NCBI GenBank assembly: GCA_033764955.1
Contig: JANRIL010000038.1
Location: 1 to 64,000 of the forward strand
Direction of reading: 5' to 3'
From: Cyanobacteriota bacterium
Lineage (GTDB): Bacteria; Cyanobacteriota; Cyanobacteriia; Thermostichales; Thermostichaceae
Length of the DNA: 64,000 nt
Part shown: positions 1 through 9,887 of the stretch, in pieces
Layout of the letters: the number at the start of each line of letters is the position of its first letter
Position numbering within the stretch: the stretch's first letter is position 1
Made by a program: the position numbers and the translations under genes
The notes under the pieces: generated by a model
Database searches by the model: none
Told to the model about the DNA's origin: nothing
What the model saw: the letters and a program-made list of their open reading frames with translations, nothing else

Positions 1-173
1 AACGTTTCTGGCATCACCCCACACAATCGCTTGAACTGGGCACGGGGTAGTTGCTGGATTTCTTCATATCTCATGGGTTAGGGGTGGGTCTACCTTCTCC
101 CTGGGTCTATCCCCCTTTTCCCTCTTTTGCAAGAAGCTCATTGTCGAGCCGTGAGTGTCAGCGGCGAAGGCAC

Positions 174-269
174 GCCGAACCAGGCGCTGCACCTGACCGG
201 CGGGGCATGAGCACTTCTCGTGACCATAGCTCACCGAGCCCGCCCGGCAGGTGAACTGTGTCGTTAGCT
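174..269 (+). repeat. attC site 1
   Basis: GCCGAAC...gcacctgaccggcggg...cccgcccggcaggtgaac...GTTAGCT imperfect hairpin. Confidence 0.8.
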
Positions 270-328
270 AGCTTCGGTTACAGGTGGTGGCGCTGTTTGC
301 AAATTATCTGTTAATGTCCAAGTTTTGG

Positions 329-661
329 TCAGACAACAGCTTTTGGGTCAGTGCCATACCATCTCACAGCTAGTTCATAAAGATGATCGAGTGTTCCCGA
401 TAACTCTTTACCGCGTTCAGTGAGCGTGTAAGTGACCTGCGGTGGAATTGTGGGTTCGTGGTGACGATGAACCAGTTCAAGAGACTCTAAGAGCCTTAAC
501 CGTTCCGTCAGTACTTTGGTCGAGATACCTTCTACCTTTCGTTTGAGTTCTCCAAATCGTTGTGAACCATTGGTATCTAGAACCCAGAGGATATAAAGTG
601 TCCACTGTCCTGAAATTTGTTTGAGCAATATTTCCAACGGGCAGCATTGAGTTTCAGTCAT
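329..661 (-). CDS. HxlR-family winged-helix transcriptional regulator
   Basis: CPLE..L..ISGQW...RFGELKR..GISTKVLTERL...IPPQVTYTLTERG. Confidence 0.9.
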   Translation of the reverse strand: MTETQCCPLEILLKQISGQWTLYILWVLDTNGSQRFGELKRKVEGISTKVLTERLRLLESLELVHRHHEPTIPPQVTYTLTERGKELSGTLDHLYELAVRWYGTDPKAVV

Positions 662-682
662 GGTAGGGGGTTCATAAGGGAT

Positions 683-725
683 AGGTAGTTACCATTTGGT
701 TCCTACTTTACTTTAGTAACTACCT
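683..725. promoter_or_regulatory. Inverted repeat, probable HxlR operator between divergent hxlR and azoR
   Basis: AGGTAGTTAC-N23-GTAACTACCT, perfect 10-bp arms. Confidence 0.6.
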
Positions 726-769
726 GTTTTATTGTCGAGGGGACAGATAAAATTTCTGATTCCACCCCT

Positions 770-1390
770 ATGAACAGTATCTTGCATCTTGATTCGAGTC
801 CTCGTGGTGAGCGCTCTAGATCTCGCCAACTTGCTAGCAACTTTATGGAAGCTTGGCGGGATCTCCATCCGAACGCAACGGTTACGTATCGTGACTTGCG
901 CCAAACTCCAATTCCTCACATTACTGAGGATTGGATTGAAGCTGACTTTACGCCACCAGAAGCACTTAGCCTAGAACTGCGAGAACAGCTCAAGTTATCT
1001 GATGAGTTGGTTGACGAGTTTCTAGCTGCCGATCGATGTCTATTCAGTGTGCCGATGTATAACTTTAGCGTGCCCTCAAATTTCAAAGCCTACATCGATC
1101 AAATTGTGCGTGTAGGTCGAACGTTTACGTATGAGAATGGTCAAGGTAAAGGGCTAGTCAGCGGAAAGAAAGTTGTATTCATTACATCACGAGGTGTTGA
1201 ATATAGTTCTGGTTCACCCTATGAGGGATGGGATGCTCAAGAGCCAGCTTTGCGTAATATTTTTCAATTTATGGGAGTAACAGATATTCAATTTATTCAT
1301 GCCAATGGTTTAGACATGGGAGACGACGCGCGGAAAAGGGGGATGGATGAAGCACAATCTAAAATTCAAAAATTAGTGGCTGATTGGTAG
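770..1390 (+). CDS. azoR: FMN-dependent NADH-azoreductase / quinone reductase
   Basis: SSPRGERSRS, PMYNFSVPS.FKAYID, TF.Y...G..GL. Confidence 0.9.
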   Translation: MNSILHLDSSPRGERSRSRQLASNFMEAWRDLHPNATVTYRDLRQTPIPHITEDWIEADFTPPEALSLELREQLKLSDELVDEFLAADRCLFSVPMYNFSVPSNFKAYIDQIVRVGRTFTYENGQGKGLVSGKKVVFITSRGVEYSSGSPYEGWDAQEPALRNIFQFMGVTDIQFIHANGLDMGDDARKRGMDEAQSKIQKLVADW

Positions 1391-1402
1391 CGCCAGCCAG
1401 CT

Positions 1403-1461
1403 AGCCAACGTGATGCAGCGAACGGCAAGAGGTTATTTGCCGCTGCATTTTGCCGTTAGCA
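1403..1461 (+). repeat. attC site 2 (short form)
   Basis: AGCCAAC..atgcagcg.acggcaaga ggttatttgccgctgcat..GTTAGCA; flank GCTAGCCAAC is 9/10 complementary to GTTAGCTAGC at 263. Confidence 0.75.
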
Positions 1462-1474
1462 GTCAGGAAAAACT

Positions 1475-1963
1475 GTGTCACCAGAAGAAATTATTCAATA
1501 CATATGCAGTAATCTCCCAGATGTAGTCCCAAAAGCTAGTTGGGGCGAAACGTCACTGTTTTATAATCCTGGTCGCGTGTTGCCACACGGTGTTTATTTT
1601 TGCACCATCAAACAACATAATGGCGAAAACGACCAAGCCTCAAATCTTGATCGAGAAGAGGTGTTTAGAGTTGCTATCGGTCTTCATCCCACAACCTACG
1701 TCCGCTTATTTGGTCAGAAACCAGTACGCCCTAGCAAGGGTGGTATTGTTATAACGGGTCACGATTTTACAAAGTTAAATGAGCTGATGCCGCATCCGAT
1801 TTATGCTTGGATGTCCTGGGTACAAATACTTTCCCCTAGCCGAGACAAGTTTGAGGAGGTCTTCTCTTTAATTGAGGAGGCGCATCAGGAGGCAGTCAAA
1901 AAGTTTGAGAAAAAGACTGCTAACAATTCGGTTGCAGCGGAACGGTTCAGTTCTGTTAATTGA
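1475..1963 (+). CDS. DUF6194-like hypothetical protein (stop codon lies inside attC)
   Basis: WGETSLFYNPG..LPHGVYFCTIK...MPHPIYAWMSWVQILSPS. Confidence 0.75.
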   Translation: MSPEEIIQYICSNLPDVVPKASWGETSLFYNPGRVLPHGVYFCTIKQHNGENDQASNLDREEVFRVAIGLHPTTYVRLFGQKPVRPSKGGIVITGHDFTKLNELMPHPIYAWMSWVQILSPSRDKFEEVFSLIEEAHQEAVKKFEKKTANNSVAAERFSSVN

Positions 1964-2005
1964 GTTGTCAAGCTTACCTGCGTCCGCTGAACCGAGCCGT
2001 TATGC
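1918..2005 (+). repeat. attC site 3
   Basis: TGCTAAC..cggttgcagcgga...tccgctgaaccg..GTTATGC; GACTGCTAAC is the exact complement of GTTAGCAGTC at 1455. Confidence 0.85.
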
Positions 2006-2150
2006 CGCAGAGTCCTCGGTTGGGGCGCAGCCGGAATCTCATCTGTTGGCGTCTGAGGCTAGATGACATAAAATCTTGAGCCAGTAGTGCTTGTAGGTGA
2101 TAACGGCAGCAGCAATTTACAATAGACCAAGAGTTGCTGGGAAAGGGCTG

Positions 2151-2372
2151 ATGACGTTACAAGAAATTCAAAATCAGGCATTGCAGTTGCCTACTGGCGA
2201 TCGCTGGCAGTTGGTACAAGTTCTTCTAGACTCGTTGAAGCGGGAAGCAAACCTCAAGCCCAAGCGGAAAAACTTGTCGCGTTTGCGAGGTGTTGCTAAG
2301 ATTTCGGCAGTCACAGGAGAAAGTAACGCCCAAGCGGATTATGCAACCTATCTGACCAAAAAGTATCAATAA
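2151..2372 (+). CDS. Putative antitoxin (small protein upstream of PIN toxin)
   Basis: About 73 aa, overlaps PIN start (TAATG), ends LRGV...YL.KKYQ. Confidence 0.7.
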   Translation: MTLQEIQNQALQLPTGDRWQLVQVLLDSLKREANLKPKRKNLSRLRGVAKISAVTGESNAQADYATYLTKKYQ

Positions 2373-2788
2373 TGCGAGTTCTGATTGATACCAATGTTGT
2401 TCTTGATTTTTTACAAGAACGGGAGCCGTTTGTGAAAAATGCAGCAAGATTATTTGAGCGCATTGATGCTGGGGAAATTGAGGGATTTATCGCAGCAACA
2501 ACAATAACCAACATTTACTACATTGTTCGTAGGGCAGCAGGTAGGGCAGTGGCGCAAGATGCAGTTACTCAGGTATTAAGCGACTTAAACATCTGTACAG
2601 TCGATTTAGAGGTGCTAGAACAAGCTCTTGCATTAGATTTCGAGGATTTTGAAGATGCAGTACAGTATGCTTGTGCGGTGGCGTATGGTGTTGATGCGAT
2701 CGTTACTCGTGATACCACTGGATTTACAAATTCGGAAGTTCCTGTAGTCTTGCCTGAAGACATTGGTACAATCAATGGTGCTGAGTGA
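2372..2788 (+). CDS. PIN-domain toxin (VapC-like)
   Basis: VLIDTNVVLD...DFEDAVQYACA...IVTRD. Confidence 0.9.
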   Translation: MRVLIDTNVVLDFLQEREPFVKNAARLFERIDAGEIEGFIAATTITNIYYIVRRAAGRAVAQDAVTQVLSDLNICTVDLEVLEQALALDFEDFEDAVQYACAVAYGVDAIVTRDTTGFTNSEVPVVLPEDIGTINGAE

Positions 2789-2813
2789 AGAGATTGAAGC
2801 AGCGGTCAGCACG

Positions 2814-2873
2814 CCATAACCAGTTGCTGCACCGGAACACCAGTCGTTAGCCCGCTTTGCTTCAGAGTTACTG
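2814..2873 (+). repeat. attC site 4, right arm truncated or degenerate
   Basis: CCATAAC cagttgctgcaccgga... left arm present; ACGCCATAAC is 8/10 complementary to GTTATGCCGC at 1999; no matching right arm. Confidence 0.6.
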
Positions 2874-3130
2874 AGTTGTTGAAAGCTTGAAAATCCTGTA
2901 ATTGAAGATCTTCGAGAGAAAAATCTCTATTCTAATACTCCTGGATTCTGCGTTACCTAACCTATATCGGGATGGTTCAAAAGCTTTGCAGAGATTGCCT
3001 TTGAACCGAAATATAGTCCTATTAAAAGCCGAAGGTATATTTTGACAAAAATTTGACGTACTCCCCTCAAGCTAGTTATAGAATCTGGAGAACAGCAGGC
3101 AATTCAGGGATCAGTTATGACTGAGGCGCA

Positions 3131-6100
3131 ATGTCTTCAATCTTGCAAGTTAAATTGTTAGGTGAGTTTTCTATCACCTATGGAGATCGCCCGGTTGCAA
3201 GTATTAGCTCAGCGCGATCGCAAGCATTACTGGCTTATTTGATCCTCCATCGACAGTTGCCCCAATCCCGTCAGCGGCTTGCCTTTCATCTATGGGAGAG
3301 TTCGACCGATACCCAAGCAAGATCCAATCTTCGTAAAGAGTTGACCTACTTGCGTCGTGCTTTACCCAACTCTGAGCAATTTTTGCTGGTTGAGTCAAAA
3401 ACGCTGCAATGGTCGCCTACAGCTCCATTCGCCTTAGATATCTTGGAGTTTGAAGAGGCTGTAACAGCCGTAAAGGGGGCTGAACCTCAGACCATACCAA
3501 CCTTGCTTCAAAAAGCGATCGCGCTCTACAGAGGCGACTTGCTGCCAAGCTGTGAAGATGAGTGGATCATTTCTGACCGTGAACGCCTTCAGCAACTACA
3601 TCTCAGTGCTTTAGAACAATTAGTTGACCACTTACAGCAACAGCAGGACTATCACACAGCCCTGAACTATGCTCAGCAACTCCTGCGCGTCGATGCCTAC
3701 AAGGAAGCGACCTACTGTACGTTGATGCAGCTCTACAGTCGGAGTGGCGATCGCGCGAATGCACTAAAAACCTACTATCGCTGCATGACACTGTTGCGGG
3801 AGGAGTTGGGAGTTGACCCCAGTGTCACCACGCGCAAGCTATATGAGCAACTATTACAAGACAATCACGTAGCGGAACAGGACGCGCCAACGAGAGCAAA
3901 TGCGCCAACGCCTCTATCGGCAATCGGAGCGATCGCCGCCGCCTCACCTTTGGTTGGACGAGAGCGAGAGTGGGCATTCGTTCAACAATGGTCTACCAGT
4001 GCAACGAATGGCTCTGAAGTGTTACTGGTGGTTGGTGAACCTGGTATTGGTAAAACACGGTTGCTAGAGGAATTTCGATCGACCCTGGCAGAGAATCAAA
4101 TTCTTTGGGGGCGCGGATTTGCAGCAGAGATGGTGCGACCCTACGGTATTTGGACAGATGCGTTGCGCTCTTTCGGTGTCGGGCAAGGTCGATCGCCAAT
4201 GGTGCCAATTCCACCGGAACTAGGCGTGTTGCTTCCAGAATTGGGAGCATCTGGGTCGGATCTCCCAGACCGCAGCCATTTGTTTGATGCAGTGGTGCAA
4301 CTGTTCGCTGCACAGGCAAACCATGCCCCATTCCTCGTGGTTCTAGATGACATTCAGTGGATTGATGAAGCGTCATCGGCGCTGTTGCATTATGCTGTGC
4401 GCTTGTTAAGTCATCTTCCCATCCAGTTTGCTTGTACAGCATGTGTTGGCGAGTTGGAAAAAAATGCAGCGATCGAGCGAATGTTACAGGCACTCAGGCG
4501 GGAACAACGGCTGCGAGTTATGGAGTTACAGCCTTTAGATCGCGGCCAAACCGCAGATTTAATTCGTAGTATTCAAGCAATCAACTCCTCAGATATATCC
4601 CTTGAATTGGTTGATCAAGTCTTTAGCGAAAGTGGCGGTAATCCTCTCTTTGCTCTGGAAGTTGCTCGTGCCTGGTCACACGATCGAGTGGCTCATGCAA
4701 GCAATTTAGAAGCACTGATTCGCGATCGCCTGCAACGTCTCGATCCATCCGCACGGGAACTTCTTCCCTGGGCAGCAGCATTAGGACGGAGCTTTAAATC
4801 AACCGTAGTGGCACAGGTTTCAGACTATGCCCTACCGCAACTGCTAACGGCGATCGAGCAGCTTGAACAACAAACAATTATCCGCCCCAGTATTTCTGCC
4901 AATAATGAACCGAGGTACGACTTTGTTCACGATATTGTCCGTCAAACGGTCTATCGGCAGCTATCAGAACCCCGTCGTCAGTTAGTGCATTTGCAAATTG
5001 CCCATAAGTTAAATCAACAGCTAACCGCCGATAGTGCATTGGTGAGTGATGTGGCACATCATGCGGCGTTGGGAGGCGACCACGAGTTAGCGACCTCCAC
5101 TGCTCTAGCGGCAGCCGAACGCTGTCTGAAACTGTTTGCTTATGCAGAAGCCGCTAAATTGGCGACACAGGGAATTCAGCACTGTCAATCCTTGGATCAG
5201 CGAACTCGAATTCGGCGGCAGTTGCAGTTACTCCGAGTTGTGGCGTTGGCAGGGGTAACTGGCGATCGCGCTGCTCAGTTAGAAGCTGAGGTGAATCAGT
5301 TGATGGATGAAGCCAGACAATTGGGATTAAGAGATGAAGAGGCGATCGGGTTAGAAGCGGTTGGGCTAGTGTATTACCATCAGGGCAACTTGATCAATAC
5401 AAGGGAACACTCCCTGCGAGCAGTTGAAATCAGTCAGTCAGCTAGCCCTGCGACAGCAGCCCGTTTGCTGGCCCATAGTGGTTCTTGTCTGGCTGAACTG
5501 GGGCACGACATTGTTCGAGCAGAAGCATTATTGCTAGAAGCACAATCGCTAGCAGCTAGAGTTGGCTTAGAACTATGTGATCTTTACAGCGGACTGGGAG
5601 CAGTGCGCCTCTATCAGGGTTGTTTTGATGATGCTCGATCGCTATTTAAGCAAGGCTGGCAACTCTCCTTAGCGGAGCAAGACCACTGGCGCGAGTTTTA
5701 TTGCCTGAGCTACCTCGTTATGCTAGAGGTGGAAACGGGTCATTTAACTGATGCATTGACGTTTTGCCAGCAAATGGCAGTTGTCTCTGCTCAGATTCAA
5801 GGTGAGGGCAGCGAAGGAGCAATTGCAGCTGCACTAGATGCTTTGATCCACTACAAGCTCCACCAACCCAAAGCCGAATCCCACTTTCAACGGGCAGTTG
5901 TTCGACTGCAACAGGTGGATGCCAAGCGAATGCTGTCCTATGTGCTGATTGGTGCTGCTGAGGTTGATTTGGCACAGCGACGTTGGGAGTTAACATTGGC
6001 ACGGGCTGAAACTGCGTTACAAACGGCTCAGATCATGCAACATGCTAATGAAATTGCTTTAGCTGGGGCAGTGTTAGCGCAGGCGACTTTAGCATTGGGA

Positions 6101-6199
6101 CAATCAGAACAAGCAGCACAGTGGCAAACTTTTCTGGAGCAAACTGATCGCCATGTTCTCAGTTTTCGTGCCCAAAATGCAATTAATCAAACAACCTAG
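3131..6199 (+). CDS. SARP/AfsR-like regulator: wHTH-BTAD + AAA ATPase + TPR
   Basis: N-terminal LLG.F...ARSNLRKEL..LR; ALYRGDLL; EELGVDPS; Walker A GEPGIGKT; LDDIQWID; SGGNPLF. Confidence 0.9.
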   Translation: MSSILQVKLLGEFSITYGDRPVASISSARSQALLAYLILHRQLPQSRQRLAFHLWESSTDTQARSNLRKELTYLRRALPNSEQFLLVESKTLQWSPTAPFALDILEFEEAVTAVKGAEPQTIPTLLQKAIALYRGDLLPSCEDEWIISDRERLQQLHLSALEQLVDHLQQQQDYHTALNYAQQLLRVDAYKEATYCTLMQLYSRSGDRANALKTYYRCMTLLREELGVDPSVTTRKLYEQLLQDNHVAEQDAPTRANAPTPLSAIGAIAAASPLVGREREWAFVQQWSTSATNGSEVLLVVGEPGIGKTRLLEEFRSTLAENQILWGRGFAAEMVRPYGIWTDALRSFGVGQGRSPMVPIPPELGVLLPELGASGSDLPDRSHLFDAVVQLFAAQANHAPFLVVLDDIQWIDEASSALLHYAVRLLSHLPIQFACTACVGELEKNAAIERMLQALRREQRLRVMELQPLDRGQTADLIRSIQAINSSDISLELVDQVFSESGGNPLFALEVARAWSHDRVAHASNLEALIRDRLQRLDPSARELLPWAAALGRSFKSTVVAQVSDYALPQLLTAIEQLEQQTIIRPSISANNEPRYDFVHDIVRQTVYRQLSEPRRQLVHLQIAHKLNQQLTADSALVSDVAHHAALGGDHELATSTALAAAERCLKLFAYAEAAKLATQGIQHCQSLDQRTRIRRQLQLLRVVALAGVTGDRAAQLEAEVNQLMDEARQLGLRDEEAIGLEAVGLVYYHQGNLINTREHSLRAVEISQSASPATAARLLAHSGSCLAELGHDIVRAEALLLEAQSLAARVGLELCDLYSGLGAVRLYQGCFDDARSLFKQGWQLSLAEQDHWREFYCLSYLVMLEVETGHLTDALTFCQQMAVVSAQIQGEGSEGAIAAALDALIHYKLHQPKAESHFQRAVVRLQQVDAKRMLSYVLIGAAEVDLAQRRWELTLARAETALQTAQIMQHANEIALAGAVLAQATLALGQSEQAAQWQTFLEQTDRHVLSFRAQNAINQTT

Positions 6200-6275
6200 C
6201 ACGTGCAAGGTATCACTTCTAGCGCTTGCACAAGTGATTAAATTGAATGGTTCAAATGATGCTTAAAGGAGAACG

Positions 6276-6809
6276 ATGGTGTCGCTAGTAATTGTTGAAA
6301 CCGTTACTGAACAGATCTTAACCGACGAACTATTAGCATCTGCGGATCGGCAAATTACTCCTTGTATACAAGCCCGCAATGCAACGTGGCGCTATTCGCT
6401 TTTATCCAGCGATCGCCATCGCATGATTTGTATCTACGATGCACCCGATGCCGAATCAATCCGAGATGCCTATCGTCGAGGCGGGCTTGCCTCTAGTCGA
6501 GCCTGGGCAGGATATGTTATTCAGCCAGAAGGGACTACTCTACCAACCTGGAATGAATCTACCCTCAAGATTCAGGAAAGCACTTATCCGACGGGTCTTA
6601 CTGATGAGCAATGTAACAAGGAGCGACAGCATTTACTGCCCTGCTATGCAGAGTACGGCGTTGAATGGATTCGCTCCTATGTGTCGCTCGATACAACCCG
6701 TGTGTTATGTGAACTGAATGCACCCGATGCCGAAGTAATTCGCCATGCCCACCGTCGGTTTGGTTTTCCCTGTGATCGCGTCTGGTCAGCTCAAGTTTTT
6801 GGTCCTTAA
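6276..6809 (+). CDS. Tandem DUF4242 (SCO4226-like) domain protein
   Basis: Two repeats of W..S..S.D..R..C...APDAE.IR.A.RR.G. Confidence 0.75.
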   Translation: MVSLVIVETVTEQILTDELLASADRQITPCIQARNATWRYSLLSSDRHRMICIYDAPDAESIRDAYRRGGLASSRAWAGYVIQPEGTTLPTWNESTLKIQESTYPTGLTDEQCNKERQHLLPCYAEYGVEWIRSYVSLDTTRVLCELNAPDAEVIRHAHRRFGFPCDRVWSAQVFGP

Positions 6810-6833
6810 AATCAGTGTTGGTTTATGTTTCAG

Positions 6834-6892
6834 GGAGAGAGCAATTTGGGAGCGGTTTGAGAGCGGTTTGAGAGCGATCGGCTTGCTAACTT
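6834..6892 (+). promoter_or_regulatory. Four 11-bp-phased direct repeats (core GAGAGC) plus -10-like TAACTT; probable SARP-type activator site
   Basis: ggagagagcaa tttgggagcgg tttgagagcgg tttgagagcga upstream of the methyltransferase. Confidence 0.6.
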
Positions 6893-6940
6893 GATTTCAG
6901 ATGCAAAGACCGTATCAGAAAACTGTTAGCGAAGGAGCTA

Positions 6941-8032
6941 ATGATGACCACACAAACCGACGACGCAATTCAACTTGACACTGCCAAAACCGAAGCATTC
7001 GCCGATCGCATATTGACCATTCTCAACAGCGGCGCACTTGCCCTGATGACTTCGATCGGGCATCGCACCGAACTGTTTGACACGATGGCAGAGCTACCAT
7101 CTTCTACCAGCCAGCAAATTGCCGATGCCGCCGGACTGCACGAACGCTACGTGCGGGAATGGCTCGGCGCAATGGTGACAGGTCGTGTGGTGGAGTATGA
7201 CCCGATCGCCCAAACCTATACCCTGCCTCCAGAACACGCCGCACTGTTGACCAGAGCAGTCGCTTCAGATAATATCGCCGTCTTTGCCCAATACATTCCG
7301 CTGCTGGGATCGGTAGAAGAACAGATCATTAATTGCTTTTACAAAGGTGGGGGTGTTCCCTATTCTGAGTACAAGCGCTTTCATGCGGTAATGGCCGAAG
7401 ATAGCGGTCAAAGCGTGGTCTCTTCGTTATTTGAGCATGTGCTGCCGCTGATTCCCGGACTGGTCGAAGCATTGCAGCAGGGAATTGACGTTCTAGATGT
7501 TGGTTGTGGCAGTGGACGGGCGTTGAACACAATGGCAGCCGCGTTTCCCAATAGTCGCTTTACTGGCTATGACTTTTCTGGAGAAGCCGTTGCCAATGCG
7601 AATGCCGATGCTCAACTGCACAAGCTCAGCAACATTCAGTTTCAGGTGAAGGATGCTGCCACGATCGCAGAGTGCGATCGCTACGACTTCATCACCACGT
7701 TTGATGCGGTTCACGATCAGGCAAAACCCGATGTGGTGTTGCACAACATCTGCCGTGCCCTGCGTCCGGATGGCGTTTATTTAATGCAGGATATTCACGC
7801 CTCGACCGATGTAAGCGGCAATCTCGACCATCCCATTGGCTCATTGCTCTACACCATTTCATGTATGCACTGTATGACAGTTTCGCTAGCCTATGGTGGC
7901 ATGGGCTTAGGGGCAATGTGGGGAAAAGAAAAAGCCCTGGAACTATTGGCGAATGCAGGATTTCAGCAAGTGGAAATTAAGCAGCTTACCCACGACTTTC
8001 AGAACGACTACTACATCATTCGTAAATCGTAA
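6941..8032 (+). CDS. Class I SAM-dependent methyltransferase with N-terminal wHTH (Rv2258c-like)
   Basis: AGLHERYVREWL; VLDVGCGSG; FDAVHD; HCMTVSLA. Confidence 0.9.
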   Translation: MMTTQTDDAIQLDTAKTEAFADRILTILNSGALALMTSIGHRTELFDTMAELPSSTSQQIADAAGLHERYVREWLGAMVTGRVVEYDPIAQTYTLPPEHAALLTRAVASDNIAVFAQYIPLLGSVEEQIINCFYKGGGVPYSEYKRFHAVMAEDSGQSVVSSLFEHVLPLIPGLVEALQQGIDVLDVGCGSGRALNTMAAAFPNSRFTGYDFSGEAVANANADAQLHKLSNIQFQVKDAATIAECDRYDFITTFDAVHDQAKPDVVLHNICRALRPDGVYLMQDIHASTDVSGNLDHPIGSLLYTISCMHCMTVSLAYGGMGLGAMWGKEKALELLANAGFQQVEIKQLTHDFQNDYYIIRKS

Positions 8033-8192
8033 ACAACCATGTGCAAACTTTGTTCATTCGCAGTACGGTATCCCCGTATTCGCCAAGATTCGCTTGTCTT
8101 GAATCTCAGCCAATTTGCCACTGCGGTTACAGCAAAACCTGTGACTGAACCCTCTCAACCCCAATCCACACCATCTTGGAGTAGTCAAAACG

Positions 8193-8873
8193 ATGCCTGA
8201 AACACAATTCGATGTCAATCTGGTTCGGGATTCCGGTGTCACACAACTCAATCTGAAGTTTGAAGACAAACAATCAAGAGCTTTTGTCGAGAAGATTCAA
8301 TCGGTTGCAGCAATTCTTGCCAGAGCCTTTGTGGATGATCCGATGTTTGAGTTCCTATTTCCAGACGATTCAATCCGCTTGCAAACATTGATGGCGTTCT
8401 TTCAACCCTTTGTGGCGGATGGCATCAATCGGGGCGAGGTTCTCCTTGCTCCAGCAAACCAGGGAGTCTGCATTTGGTATCCCCATGAAGTATGCGTCTT
8501 CGACGATGAATTTGAGGCTATCATCAATGAAGTTATTGCCATCAGCACTCACTTTGGTGGCACAGAAGCTGGGCAACGTTGTGAGCATTTAGCAAATCAA
8601 GTGGGGGCTTATGAGCCAATCGATCCACGTTGTGAAGTGCTGTGGATTGCTCTTCTACCTGACGCGAGAGGACAGGGGTTGGGTGGGCATTTATTACAGC
8701 CATCCCTGAATGCTGCCGATGCTCAAGGTCTGGGTTCCTACTTGGTGTCATCGAATGCTCGTAATCACTCGTTCTATGAACGACATGGGTTCTGCAAAAG
8801 AGATGCCATTCAAATTAGCTCTTGCTATTCCATGACGGGAATGTGGCGCGTTCCTAGTTCGACTGCGAATTAG
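8193..8873 (+). CDS. GNAT-family N-acetyltransferase
   Basis: AFVDDP; P.ARGQGLGG.LL; N..FYERHGF. Confidence 0.85.
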   Translation: MPETQFDVNLVRDSGVTQLNLKFEDKQSRAFVEKIQSVAAILARAFVDDPMFEFLFPDDSIRLQTLMAFFQPFVADGINRGEVLLAPANQGVCIWYPHEVCVFDDEFEAIINEVIAISTHFGGTEAGQRCEHLANQVGAYEPIDPRCEVLWIALLPDARGQGLGGHLLQPSLNAADAQGLGSYLVSSNARNHSFYERHGFCKRDAIQISSCYSMTGMWRVPSSTAN

Positions 8874-9172
8874 CGAATAGATTTTTAGTCATTTTGATCA
8901 AGACATTCAAAATCTTCCCGTACAAGCATTTTAGCAATTTTACCGCTATCTCTCACAGGTCTAATACACGTATTATCAGGAGAACATGATCATGTCTACA
9001 CAGCAAAATTTGAATGCAGAACTCAATGCAGAATTCTCAAGTAATCAGGATCTAATCACAACCGAGTTGATACCGATCATTGGAACATTCAAAGGAGATT
9101 TTCTCGTAGGGAGCGCGATCACCCAGAAGTTGAAGTTCTCAAAGAACTCCAACTTTTACAGACCAGATAATA

Positions 9173-9697
9173 ATGAACAATCACCTGAACAATATGCAAA
9201 TCAAACCTTATCACCCTAGTCACTTGAATGTCGTGGTTCGTCTTTCACTGCGGGCATGGGAACCTGTTTTCGATTCACTGAAACAGGTGCTCAATCCCGA
9301 TGTGTACCAGGTCTTCTACCCAGAACATTGGCGAGTCAGCCAACAACAATCAGTAGAGGCTGTCTGCACAGCGGAAGACACAAAGGTATGGGTTGCTAGT
9401 GTCTCCGACCGACCAGAGGTTAACGATGTAGGCTCTACTGTGGGTTTTGTAGCCGTGAAACTACACTTAGAAGACAGCATGGGTGAAATTTACATGGTCG
9501 CTGTCGATCCGGACTTTCAAGGTCGCGGCATTGGCAGTACTCTGATAAAATTTGCACTGGCTTGGCTAAAGGAATCTGGGATGTCTATTGCGATGGTTGA
9601 GACTGGAAGTGATCCTGGTCATGCACCAGCCCGTCACACCTATGAGAAGGTCGGTTTCGAGCTGTTTCCAGTTGCTAGATATTTCAAGAAGCTCTAA
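9173..9697 (+). CDS. GNAT-family N-acetyltransferase
   Basis: VAVDPDFQGRGIG; TG.DPGHAPAR.TYEKVGF (start may be the later MQIKPY). Confidence 0.85.
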   Translation: MNNHLNNMQIKPYHPSHLNVVVRLSLRAWEPVFDSLKQVLNPDVYQVFYPEHWRVSQQQSVEAVCTAEDTKVWVASVSDRPEVNDVGSTVGFVAVKLHLEDSMGEIYMVAVDPDFQGRGIGSTLIKFALAWLKESGMSIAMVETGSDPGHAPARHTYEKVGFELFPVARYFKKL

Positions 9698-9791
9698 GTG
9701 TACATGTAAGGCCCAAAGTTTACTTTGCTCTATGGCTAGTCAATCATGATGCAATTTGGTAGAAATTAGAAACATCGCGTAGTAGTCAGCC

Positions 9792-9880
9792 AGCTAACAA
9801 CGCAGTGGACTGGACGGAATAGAGTCTTTTTGTGCTTCGTTTCAGTGTTACTTACCGCCGCTCATTTTAGCTCTTTGATA
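9792..9880 (+). repeat. attC site 5, degenerate R' end
   Basis: AGCTAAC..gtggactggacgg...ccgccgctcat...; expected GTTAGATGTC appears as ctttgatatc. Confidence 0.6.
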
Positions 9881-9887
9881 TCATAAC

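Noticed and set aside
51..254. 67-aa ORF at window start
   Set aside because: Runs through attC 1 with no recognisable protein features
2846..2853. GTTAGCC as the R' of attC 4
   Set aside because: Would give a 40-bp site without a right arm and does not complement the next R''; more likely internal loop sequence
6885..6930. GCTAAC...GTTAGC pair resembling a mini attC
   Set aside because: Only 46 bp, no inner L-box pairing, and it overlaps a plausible promoter
8986..9219. 77-aa ORF before the second GNAT
   Set aside because: No motif and it overlaps the GNAT; coding status unsupported
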